DNA of 64,000 nt, taken from positions 1-64,000 of the forward strand of contig JAAILG010000939.1 of the NCBI GenBank assembly GCA_012026655.1, written 5' to 3'. The position numbers were made by a program, and so were the translations under genes. Under the pieces are notes generated by a model. The model saw nothing but the letters and a program-made list of their open reading frames with translations, did not search any database and was not told the DNA's origin. The stretch is from Hydrolagus affinis (taxonomy: Eukaryota). Below, in pieces: positions 11,581-23,265 of this stretch (the stretch's first letter is position 1; each line of letters starts with the position of its first letter).

Positions 11581-14500
11581 AGGCTCTAATGATAGTGATT
11601 GTTGCCAAGCTATTTGACTATGGAGCCCTACCTACTGGCCAATTCTAACTCTTTATCTGACACATACACATATATTTATTTTAGGCTGGATAGCAATAAA
11701 GAGATATATCCCTTTCTTAGCTTAGAAAAACTAGTTCCAATGTTAAAATTAGCAATATTGTTGCACTCGAAGAGATCATCTTACTCAAAACATTCAAGGC
11801 AATGAACTTTCCCAAATTTTTGGGGTCAGAATTTTTAAATTGATACACAGATTCATCAGAAGAGCACATCATGCTTCTTTCATAACTCAATTACAGGTAC
11901 TATGAATGAGTATATGTGTATTTATGACTTTGATCCAAATCATGGATAATCTAAATACAAAATTCAAATACTGAGGCTCCACTGTAGCAGGATGACCCAG
12001 GTTCCAATGCACACTTTCACTAAATTATAAAGGGGTATGATGCATACCATTGAATTCTGGAATTGGGTGCAGTCTAAAGAACAGATCATCATGATGGACA
12101 GAGGGTAATTGTTTTTTTAAAAAATCTTGTAACAAGCACTTCAAGGAGTTTTGTTTTAAAGAGGCAGGGATTTCTAAATCTCAACTGATTCCAATTTTGA
12201 TCATCTTGAATAAATCTGAAACCACCAAATTCATACAATTCTCAACTTGTATTCAACACTCAACTTTAAAAATTAGTACCAATGACAGTGGATGCTAATT
12301 GCTTGGTGTTCAATGTATTAGGATTAGTGGACAATCTTGGATTTGCAGATCAAAGGAAGTTTGGCCTCCAAAATCATTCAGCAAATTAATTAATTGATCC
12401 AGACATTCAATTACACTTTTTTCAGATGGGATTACTTCTAGAATTATACAATAAAATACAGTAAATTTTGAAGTACGTTGACTGCAGTTTCAAGCAGCTT
12501 TGAGCTAAAGATTGACTTTATACTTTTCAGAAAGATTCCAATTTCCTCTAGTCACAAATATTGATTATCTAGTTACACACTGACTGTGCTCTCAGTGACA
12601 AGAAACAGACAGCCTCAGCCCAATAATCATTTTGTGAAATCTGCAGCTAATTTCAGGTCAGCTTTAGAACCTGGAGAACCAGAAAAGAATGTAGGAATCC
12701 AAACATACAATATAACAGTAAAGTAAAATATCTCCCCACATCCCCAAACCTTCTGACCCAGAAGTAAGCCTGCTTATCAATGAGATGTTGTAGGCACATT
12801 GTTTTTCTATTAGTTAATAAACATTTCAACCTTGGTCAGGAAAATTACTGTCTCGTGGAGAATAATTCCAAAAGTAATTCCACACGCCAAAATAGAAAAT
12901 GGTTATTATTTGTGAAGGTGATAGGAACAAAATTAAAGTCACTTCAGTAGCAAACACTGGAGGTCAGTCTCAGTTATGGGCTACAGTACTTTTAATTGAT
13001 TTCTGGACAGCACAAAGCCAAAAAAAAGTGAGTCTCATTATTAATTCCAACCTATTTGATAACCATTTTGAAGCAAAAGCATTGATTTGTCAAGCATCCG
13101 ATGAGACGTATGAAATCCGAGAATGAGTTTAACTACAAAGCACAAACTGTCCGAGGCAGAAAATCTTACTGCTCCCACCAATCCAAGCACTCTTTGGTGT
13201 TGAATTTATACTAGCAGACTATTGGCAGAAGCACAAATGGCAGTGAAGACTTGTGGCAAACTGGGCAGTTATAGCTGGTTAGACTCCAGCAATATCCTAA
13301 CACACACTCTGAGATCTCCAAGTCTTGGCTCCTGACAACCTGTGCTTATTACATCCTGATATAAGGCAAGCAGGATGTGTCTCTCCAAGGAAACAGTGTG
13401 CATTCTATTCTAACAATCTACCTCAGGGAATTCCATATTTATGGTGGGATGTATTGGAATTATCTGTTTGGATACGCATGGTGATGGATTTCTACATGTG
13501 TTAACACCCAGCTGCATGTGTTAAACACACTCCAAAAAACCCCGAAGGAATGTGGACTCCATTCACTCTGCTGATCCCCCAAAAAGAGCAGCACAGACAA
13601 ATATTGCTTGCTGGTCTAGAATAGTGCTGAATTACCATACATGGGCCATACATTAAGGAATGGAACATGTAGAAAGAGGTAGCTATCTATGTGAGCTAAT
13701 TGCCATTGCACAGTGCTTAGATAAGCTGAGTTAACATTCCAAGATTTAAAAAATTATAAGCAAATATGTTCATTATCTAAATATAATTTAGCAATACATG
13801 AGTGAATAAGTAAAGTATCATTCAAGTTGTTATGGTAATAAAGGCAATGGCACAGTTTTTAACAGGGTAACAGATTTGATATTCTGGGCATCTGATTTAA
13901 TATTGTAAGTAGTGTTCCATTTGTTGTTTATTGGTGCCTCAGAAGATAGCCAGAAAGAGATTAGACAGTCTTATGATGTCTATTGTGCAAAATATTCTGA
14001 GAAAACTCAAACGATAATTGAATGAAGAACCAATAAGAAAAAGAATAGTAAAACAGTCTGTACTGATTTGTGCTCAGCTTTCCTCCCCCTATAATCATAA
14101 GGTTGATATCCACTGTTTTAAACACTATGAGTCCTGACAGTGTTCTGTATACAGCAGGGCAGAAACTGATTGGTCGGGTCCTCTTGCATGCTCAATTTGC
14201 CCCAACTTTCTCAGTATCAGGGAATGCAAACCAGTGAAGAGTGCTCTTTACTGGCTGTAGGCATGTTTCCACAGCTGGATGGGGAGAGGTCAAGTTTAGC
14301 TATGATGCTCAACACGGTTGAGGGACCCGCAAACTCTCACTGTCAGGACTCACAACATGAATAATGTCCATGGCTTATGCAAAGTAAAGGAAACTAGCAG
14401 TATGGAATCTTGCCCCATGCAATGGTTCTCACCCCTAGATGTACGTGAAAGTTTTTATTAACGCTTTCGTACTATCTGGCCTCTGTTTCTCTCCTAGCTC

Positions 14501-15256
14501 TGTCGCTGTGAGTCTGTTTCAAAGGTGACTCAACCAAGTCAGAGTCACACACAAATAGGTATTCTCAGTTAGCCTTAATGCACAGTAACCTCCGATGTTG
14601 TCAACTACCATCTGAAGTGCTTGCTCCTTTTCTTGTCTAGAATATGACAGAGGTTGTTTGCTAACTGCTACATGCAAGAAGCTTCTGCAACTTAGCTTAC
14701 AGAACCCATTTACAGTAATAGAGCAGGCCTCCACATTTTCCTTAAATAATAGTTATACATACATATTTGTGTACATTACAAAGGATACTGCAAGAATAGG
14801 GTAACCATGACACCCAGCAAGAGGAAGCCAGGCTTCAGAAGTAAGAGACATTTAACAATGGGAGAGAAAACACTACTTTTTTTTAAAAAAAGATAAAATT
14901 TTAATATCACAATTAATTTGTTTGCTTTTTGCTATTCTACATAATCTGTCTGAAGTCCTGACATTGCAGAAATAAATCTTACAACTATTATTGATATCTG
15001 TAACATATTTTTACCCAGAAATTTGTCAAAAATCAATTTGTTTTGCTGAAGAGTCGAATCTTTTCCTAGAATAGCTCCAAGTTAGTGTCTGAACAATAAG
15101 CTCCAAGCTTCCTCCCACCCATCTTTCAAGACATGTGTCATAATGTACCTCTTTTGGTCATCTTTTCCCTCCCCATCCCCACTTCCCTTAGCTCCCAGTC
15201 TCAGCCTTGTTGCCCATCCAGCATCATTGGGCACTTCAAGATGTCTGTCTAACATC

Positions 15257-15989
15257 TAGTAGAAGCCCGTTTATCCGGCACCTGCGGGAACCGGCCAATG
15301 CCGGTTAAAGCACCTGAAGGATATTCGGGTGGCCCGTGGCCGAAAACCCACTACAAAAAAATTAAAGTTCTTTTAAAACACATCATATACCAGACTAAGT
15401 AATGGCAGATAGTGACAGAATGTTGTGTTGGTGCTTGTTGTTGGGGCTGCTCTCTTGCACTTCTCACCTTTGCTGGTTGGGGTTTGCGTTCCAGCGATTC
15501 TTTTTTGAATGGAGGACGCCAGCCGGGTAAAAAAGGCGGCAGCACAATTTTAAAGTCACTTGACTTTACTAGCTGCAAGCCAAAGCCCTAGACTGTACTA
15601 GCGGCAAACTGAAATACTGCACCTGCACGACAATATGCGTTATCGGCTAGCGTTATCGGCTTGCCGCTAGTATGATTTTAAAGTCATATGTGCTCCGTTT
15701 TTTTCACCCGCTTGGCGTGCTCCATTTCAGGGGGAAGTCGCTGGACTGTAAACCTCAACCTCAGCATCATGGCTTCAAGCGCAGCATCTACCAGCGTTGT
15801 GTGAGGCGCGGGAGAGTGGTTTTGATGGTGAGCCAATGCAGTATTCTATTGTTATTATTTATGCATTTACAAATGCTCCACTGCTATTGTTCTGGATAAG
15901 TTCCAGTTTATCGAATGGGGATTGTTTTTGGCCTACCGGTTATACGGAAGTGCCGGTGCATCGAGTCACAGATAAACGGGCTTCTACTG
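15257..15989. mobile_element. Non-autonomous Tigger/pogo-like DNA transposon (~730 bp)
   Basis: TAGTAGAAGCCCGTTTATC ... GATAAACGGGCTTCTACTG|TA; 18 of 19 TIR bases match; CpG-rich interior. Confidence 0.85.
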
Positions 15990-18900
15990 TACATAAATAT
16001 ACATTGTATTGTAATAGTAATTTGCTGAAGCTTGAGTGTCAATCTCTTTGATAGAGTACACCCAAGTTTTGGAAAAACGTCCCTCATAGATGAACAAAAT
16101 CTTTCTCCAATCTTTCTCCAAATTTTTTCTCCAAAATCTATACTGTCTATCTTTAGAAAATGGACCATTGCATGATACAGCGCCACACTGCAATACTACT
16201 TTGACACTGCTGAATCAAAGGATTCTACTGCAGCCACTGTGCCAATGGCAATCCATGTGTTGAACTCCAGTGCAGCAACTCTGTAATCCAGCACAGCATG
16301 TATCTCAAAGAAGGAACTATCTAACATCCCCAATCTCCAATCCACTGTATTATGAAAGTGAACACTGGCACTGCACATATCCTGTTGCTGCTCCAACATT
16401 TTTGCGTTGAAGATGTGCCAACTGATTTAAGTACCCATCTGCTCCTCTACATATATCTGAGGTCGATAGTGCCGGCAATCCAAAATAGATGTTTCCAATT
16501 TTCTTCTTTCACCGTTCAAGATTCATCTCCCACACCAGGTAAGTGCACACATGGTGAAAGTACAGGTGGAATGCATTGGTGCAGATGCCACAATCTCTGT
16601 GTTGATGCTGAAGTTTGTGCATCTTGTCCATTGCATAGATTCATCTAACAATCCAAAAATAACGCTGAAGGATTTTTAGTTACTCTTCCTACCTGATGAA
16701 CCGAAAAATAACCAAGATTTGAAACCAGGAAATACATTCACTGCATTTTTAAATACTTTTTTTTAATGAATTTTAGAATTTGTTACCAAACCCTTTAATT
16801 GATATTGCAAAGGACAGGCCCAAGCCATACATACTGAAAGTACAGAAACTTGGTTTATGAATCAATGGTTTACTAGTAGGGAATGCCTTTGGGGGTATTC
16901 CAACATCCCTAGCAGGGACAGACAGCACGAACAAGCCAGAGGTGTACAAGGGTCATGGTTCAACTGTCTGCACATTCTCCTGTAACTCATTTTGACTCAT
17001 GGTTTTCATCCCTCTTAATTACATTTGTCTCCATCCCACTAACTACACATGGGAGATATGATTTCGTTGTGCACAACAGCAAGGAAAAATAAACAAGGAA
17101 ATATTAGATCTCATAAACCTAGTAGTATTTTGACTTAATCAGTCATCAGTGGGAATGTCAAACCTATGACAAATGTCAAGCTAAGTCAATCAGTTTAAGC
17201 CTAACAAACACTTTCAGATGACCACTTACCATGGATCAGTGGCAGCAAATGGCAAAAACAGTTGGGAAATTACTTCAAGGTCAAGGACAGACTGTAAACA
17301 AGATTCCAAATCAGTAACCAGTGTACCCCTGAAGAGGTTTCAAGATTTTATCTTGGATATGTAGTTCAACCCTCCGGAAAGATGGATGAAGTCAAAATGA
17401 GTTACATGAGAATGTGAAGATGGATGATGCAGGCAGACACAGACGAATAGAACTGCTGCATTCATGCACATATGTATTTGACCACACGTATTCTCTTCCT
17501 TTCTAGCATTTCTGAGTTGCACATATCACATATCATCAATGGTCATCACTGCTAAGAGCCCATATTTTTCAGATGGTTACTTAATTTTACAATATTCAGT
17601 ACAATTTCTGTTGATGATATTTTGTCATTTTAATAAAATGAAATATTTAGTAATGACTTGTTTATAATCTCATTCTCCAAAAGGTCTCATTCTCATCTAC
17701 TGGTTCTAATCTCTTGAAAGGTACTTGGAACACTCAGTTGAAATAATATTTATGAAGAGCTGTACTCATTTCTAAAGTGGGACTTTTGCATATGTAAGCA
17801 ATACAGAAAAGGACCCAATACAAAGGAATGATCTAATGTTCATAACACTGAATATATCCTTGTTCAACATTATTGTACATGTGCTTTGACACCATTTGGT
17901 GCTTTCAGTCCTTATTCATTTAATACTATTGCTATGTAATGTTGACGTAAATGCTTAAATATGCCACAAATTTCGCTGCTTAGCAGAGATGGATAGCAAA
18001 GCTTGTGCACAATAGCAAAGCACAGTAAAGCATAATCCTTAAAACCTTTTTAGTAAATGGGAGTGGGGGGGGGGAAATCTTGCATTTTCATTATTGTAAA
18101 ATTTTCCTGAACAGGCTACATTTTTCATCACAAGGGGAGTTGTTTGAAAAGGAGGATTTGGCGAAGGCAAAGGGTCATGGATGTTTTGTTGTGATAGTTA
18201 CTGCACATTACGATTTTCTTCAGTCTAGTTGTTTGGTAAGACAGCTGACAATGATGGCTTTCTGGGAATGATGCAAGGTTACAGGGTGACCTGCCATGAA
18301 TGACAGATGGTACAAAGAGGACCACAGAATAGTGAAAACAAGGAGAATATGAAGGGGTGGAACACAGTATTCTGGACATCCACTTTCAGCCATGAAACAA
18401 GCCGATTATCGAGAAGAGTCACACAAGTTTAAAGAGGCACAAGTTTAACTGGATTGAGACCAACAGACAGTGCTTTGTTGTATTATTTTATTTTTTCCTG
18501 TCTGATGGTTTAATTCTGTTGCACTAAGATTTTTTTTTAATATCAGACATTTAGTTATCTTAATAATCTTTGTTATGAATTGGCGCACAGTATAAAGTAG
18601 ATTATTCAAATTGAATAATAATTAACCTTACATTATGGTTGATTTTATATTAGAATTTTAGTAAATATTAGTATTTTAGTAAATTATTGATTTGTGAAAA
18701 TGACAGTGCAAGTGTACATTCATTAGAACCAGATGAGATTTATGTATCCACAATAGAAATACAAATTACATGTTGTCACTTGCAGATTAAAAATTGCATT
18801 TGTGTTCAAACTGTTGTCTATTTCCAGTAACAGATACATAATTTTCAAGGTACTGTATATATAAATTATTGTCACATTCTTATAATAGTGGTCAGTATAG

Positions 18901-19077
18901 AATCCCCAAATAAAACACTAACACCTCTATAGACAAAATGAAGACTTTATTTAAAAATGCAGTCTTTTATTTTACCTATTAAAATCAGTAACATCATTTG
19001 AATATAGATATATTTTGAATGTAATGTTTGCATATCATATATTCTGATCAAATGTTATCAAGGAAAAGATGGTAGGA

Positions 19078-19172
19078 GACAAAACACAAAATACTACAGA
19101 TGCTGGTAATCTGAAACAAAAACAAAAGTTGCTGGGGAAACTCAGCAGGTCAAACAGCATCCATGGAGAAAG
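19078..19172. mobile_element. Fragment of a common chondrichthyan repeat (possibly Penelope-associated terminal sequence)
   Basis: CAGATGCTGGTAATCTGAAACAAAAACAAAAGTTGCTGGGGAAACTCAGCAGGTCAAACAGCATC resembles a recalled shark repeat; family assignment uncertain. Confidence 0.5.
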
Positions 19173-21133
19173 GATGGTAGGAGGTTCCCCTGCCCTAGAG
19201 TTGGTTTGGAATTGACCAAGGCTATGGGGAATCAGTCTGGTCTTCCTGTAATAGTGCAGTGGAGCTACTGCTGAAAAAATTAGATTTGTGTTATAAATGG
19301 GAGATTATTATGCTCCATGTGGTCCATGTAGCAATTTTGTTGAATTGGTCAAAATGCTATTCTGTTCTATCTATAAATTTAGTGTCCTAAAATTTTATAC
19401 ATAAGTGTAATGCAAGTTTTAAAATATAATTTAACACCAAATTTAAAATGATGTTATTTACTACTGAAAATGTTGCTGTATTTTTATTTACAAATGCATA
19501 AGAGCAAAAAAACACTAAACTTGGTGAGCAAAGTAAAATAGTGCACTGCCTACAATAATAAGATTGCTACTTGAAGCAGATTAATCCCCCTGTTTCTACA
19601 GACATGCATAATATTTACCATTCATTACAATTTTTTTATACTGGATCGTTTATTCGGACGATATTATAATAATTTTGTATTTTCATTAAAAAAATTATGG
19701 ACCATTCCAGTATGTTGAATTATATTTTTCCTAAATTAATCAATATTTAATTCCTGCTCGTATGATGCTTCATCAGATGAAATAACCATTTAATTAAAAA
19801 TGGTGTCTGATTTACTTTATCAGTACTAGAGACTTCAAGTCATACTGTATTTGGTGCAGATAAAGTAAAAAGCATTATTTTTCGTTCAAGATCTTAGATT
19901 CACATTCAAATTACCACATATTTGAATAAAACCAAGCTGGCTCCATATGAAATGAATATGCTTATTCCCTGCAGTTTAACTTTATTAAAATGAATTTATT
20001 ACTTTATTTTATTACCTATAGACATATTTTTACATAATTCTTATTTATTATTGCTACAAATAGCTTTACAAAAAGCACAAAATGCATCCTGTAAAAAGTT
20101 TTGAAGGCATTGAAGACAATTTTATTCTCAATTACAGTATAAAGGTATATAAAATATTTTGAAAACTATGATAGTATAACAGCTTCTAAAAAAAAATCAA
20201 GCCAAGCAAAATCAATTTAGAATTTTGGTCTATTTTTTTACAAATAATTTACAAAGAAAGAAACAAAATAACAGCTGTTGCCCCTAAAATATGTTAATTT
20301 ACAAGCATGTCTATTTTAACATTCATTGGGAATATGGTGTTGTAAGATCTTCCTAGATGCTGTAAGTCACTTCAAAGCTGATTTTAATACAGGGAGAACA
20401 GTGAAATGTGTAAGATTATTAACTGATATGTCAGTGTTGAAGATTATTAATCAAGGAGCAGAGGTATATGTGATAGGCCAAAACATGCTATGCAATTTAA
20501 AACCATTTGGTAATTTGCTAAGGTTAACAGATTACTAATTGGTTCCTCAGTCTAACTGGATGATTTTTTTCTTGCAGTGAACTATCAGGCAATTCATTAA
20601 ATGCACAGAACTCTTTTTGTAAAAGTAGTTTGTTTGTATACAATTCTGGATAATGATTTGGTATGTCTTGGCTGTGAGTTCAACCTACTCACTCACACCT
20701 GTGACCCTTAAATCAATTCACAGCATTCATGTCACCTTCATATCTGTGTCTCTATTCTTCCCTCCTTTTTTATTTTGATTGTGCCATTCAAGGGATCTCA
20801 GTGATGAGAAACAAGATGTGTTTCGCATTCATCACTAATCTCATTATTCAACACTCTCAAAACAATAGGCAATGAGGAAGAAGCAAAAGAAAGTTTCCTC
20901 TCCTCTGCTCAACAATATCCATACACAGAAAATTCAGAAAAGCATTTTCCATTATCTTGGTGGTAATTTCTTTATTTTGTACATTGACAGTGTTTTTTGC
21001 TCTTCAAAAATGATTTTTGTTTCAATGTGCTCAGATTATATTTTAAAAATTGTTATGTTTGTGAATGGAGCAAAAATAACTTAAGTAAATGGGCAATTTA
21101 CAACCAATGTTAGTTTTGTTCCGCGCTCTGGAA

Positions 21134-21565
21134 CAACAATAAAATTACATTTATAGAACTGTTTTCACATCGGGAGGATATCCCAAGGCGCTAAACAGTC
21201 AGGTCTGGACCCGAGCAAGGAGGAGGGGTGGGTAGGGGGAAGGGGAGGGAGAGAGTCAGGAGGGGAGGCAGAGAATTGGGAGGGTAGCAGAAGGCACGAT
21301 CAAAGAGGAGGGTCTTGAGACCGGCCTTGAAGGAGGCAATAGAGGAAGCAAGGCGAAGGGACTGTGGGATGGAGTTCCGGAGTGTGGAGGCAGAGAGGCT
21401 GAAAGCCAGTCCACTGATGGTAGGGTGGGTTGGACGGGGGACATGGAGTAGACCAGAGCCTGCTGAACGGAGGGGATGGGCAGGTTCATAGGGAGATAGC
21501 GGGTCAGAGAGAAAGGAGGGGGCAAGGTCGTGAATGGCCTTGAAAGTGAGGATGAGAATCTTGAA
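21134..21565 (-). mobile_element. L2 LINE 3' end
   Basis: FKILILTFKAIHDLAP...FKAGLKTLLFDRAF, followed by 3'UTR and (TTG)n tail. Confidence 0.93.
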
Positions 21566-21621
21566 TACGAGAACTACAAACTGAAATGTAAATATAAAAT
21601 AGAACATAATCCACTGAAACA

Positions 21622-21900
21622 TGATATCAGTCTGGCTCAGTTCATTATGGTCACCCTCTGAGTTAGAAGGCTGGAGGTGCAAGTCCCACATCAGGACTTC
21701 GAATACACAATTTAGACTAAAGTCTATTTTGCTTATTCAGGAGGACATTAACCATCCCATGACACCATTTCAAAAAGCAAAGGGAGTTTCTTCCAGCATC
21801 CCAGCCAACAAACCCCCCTGATAAAATGTAACATTCACTTCATGCCTGTTTGCGGGGCATATTTGTGTGTAAATTAGCTGCAGCATTCACATAGAAAAAT
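21622..21900 (+). mobile_element. Deu-domain SINE, degenerate
   Basis: TGGCTCAGT...CTCTGAGTTAGAAGG head; AGGGAGTTTC; TGTTTGCGGG...AAATTAGCTGC. Confidence 0.6.
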
Positions 21901-22034
21901 GCGCAGTAAAAGTCTTAGAGTTTGAGATGCAAAGATCATTGTAAAATCAGATGAAAATGTTTATTCACTTAATGAAGGCAGAAAATTATGCTCTTTGTGT
22001 GTTTTGACAGGTTAGAACAGAGAGCTCGCAACTA

Positions 22035-22322
22035 ATTGGGCAAGTTTCCTAACTCTACACGCCTGATAATAATCCCTTAAGAAAAAAATAATAATAACTT
22101 GGTCACTCCACGGCTGTTTGTGGGACACTCTTGTGCACATCTGGCTGCCATGTTTTGCCCACAAATATACAGTCAATTCACTTTACAGTATATTCTGTGA
22201 AGCATTTTGAGACGTCTAGAGGACGTGAAACCTGTTATTTCAAATGCAACAACAACAACAACAACAAATTACATTTATAGAGCGCCTTTCACGTCGGGAG
22301 GACGTCCCAAGGATTATTATTC
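22035..22322 (+). mobile_element. tRNA-derived SINE (5'-truncated) with an antisense L2 tail inserted in its 3' end
   Basis: TTGGGCAAGTTTCC...CACAAATATACAGTCAATTCACTTTACAGTATATTCTGTGAAGC body; tail split by a ~65-bp inverted L2 tail. Confidence 0.85.
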
Positions 22323-23265
22323 ATATTATTATTAATAATTAAAGCAGTAGGTTCTCATCTCTTTCTCTAAACCTTTCTCCGCCTATTCGAAAATAAAACT
22401 GCTGAATCACTTCTTGAAAATTTTGGCCTCTCCCTACCAACCAAGCCTGAAGACAAATGCTTGAACTTCACAGACTGGAGAGATTAGAGGCAAATTTGCC
22501 GCTAGGTCTTGTATTCTGAAAGTGTAATCTAACAAGTGCAGCTACAAGAAAATCTAGAATAGCTCTTGGTACTTGCCATTGAGGGCTCTTATATTTACTG
22601 AGTGTTCTGAATACCAAATCTCTCTGAAGCCTACATTTGGTGTGAAACTCAATTTCTGCATTCACTGATTAACTGGACAGCACGTTACAATTGAAAGCAG
22701 TGTGAGGTAGATTGTGGAGCATTTCTGTAATTGCTGATTAGTGCATTATATTATCCCTTCTGGAATATTCATCTGTGGGAAATTTCAAATAGTTTAAAGT
22801 TTCTAAATGGCTTGAAATAAACCTTGGGAAATGTGTGTTTCCTGTTGGCTATGGTCAGGTAAGTATTGATTATAACACTACATGATAATAATTTAAGGAC
22901 TGTACTAAATAGAGGAATTAAGCCTCAATTCCTGTCACCACCAAAGTATCATGGAAAAAGCAGTGCAATGGACATATTATGCCCCAGGAAGCCTCATTCT
23001 TCCTCATTTCACTTGTCATTTTACTTTCTGCTTTCCCCATCTCTTTAATCTTTACTTTTTTTTCGTCCAGTTTCTCTTGGTCACTTCCTCTTGGTCAGTT
23101 TCTCTCAGTCAGTTTCTTTCTTCCCCCACCCCACACTTCTTCTTGCCTCTAGATATGTAGATGTACAAAAACAACTTGCGTTTATATAGCACCCTTCACA
23201 TGGGTAATGTCTCACAGCACTTATTACTCAACGCTCAGTATTGGGCATTAATTGAACATGATAAT

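Noticed and set aside
16196-16650. Coding-looking region with CAG|GTAAGT donor at ~16538
   Set aside because: No recognisable protein, stops in most frames and no convincing acceptor
20800-20840. GTGATGA box-C-like motif in a small hairpin
   Set aside because: No properly placed box D or terminal stem for a C/D snoRNA
22702-22720. let-7-like sequence TGAGGTAGATTGTG
   Set aside because: Only the first 8 nt match contiguously, and no complementary hairpin arm is visible
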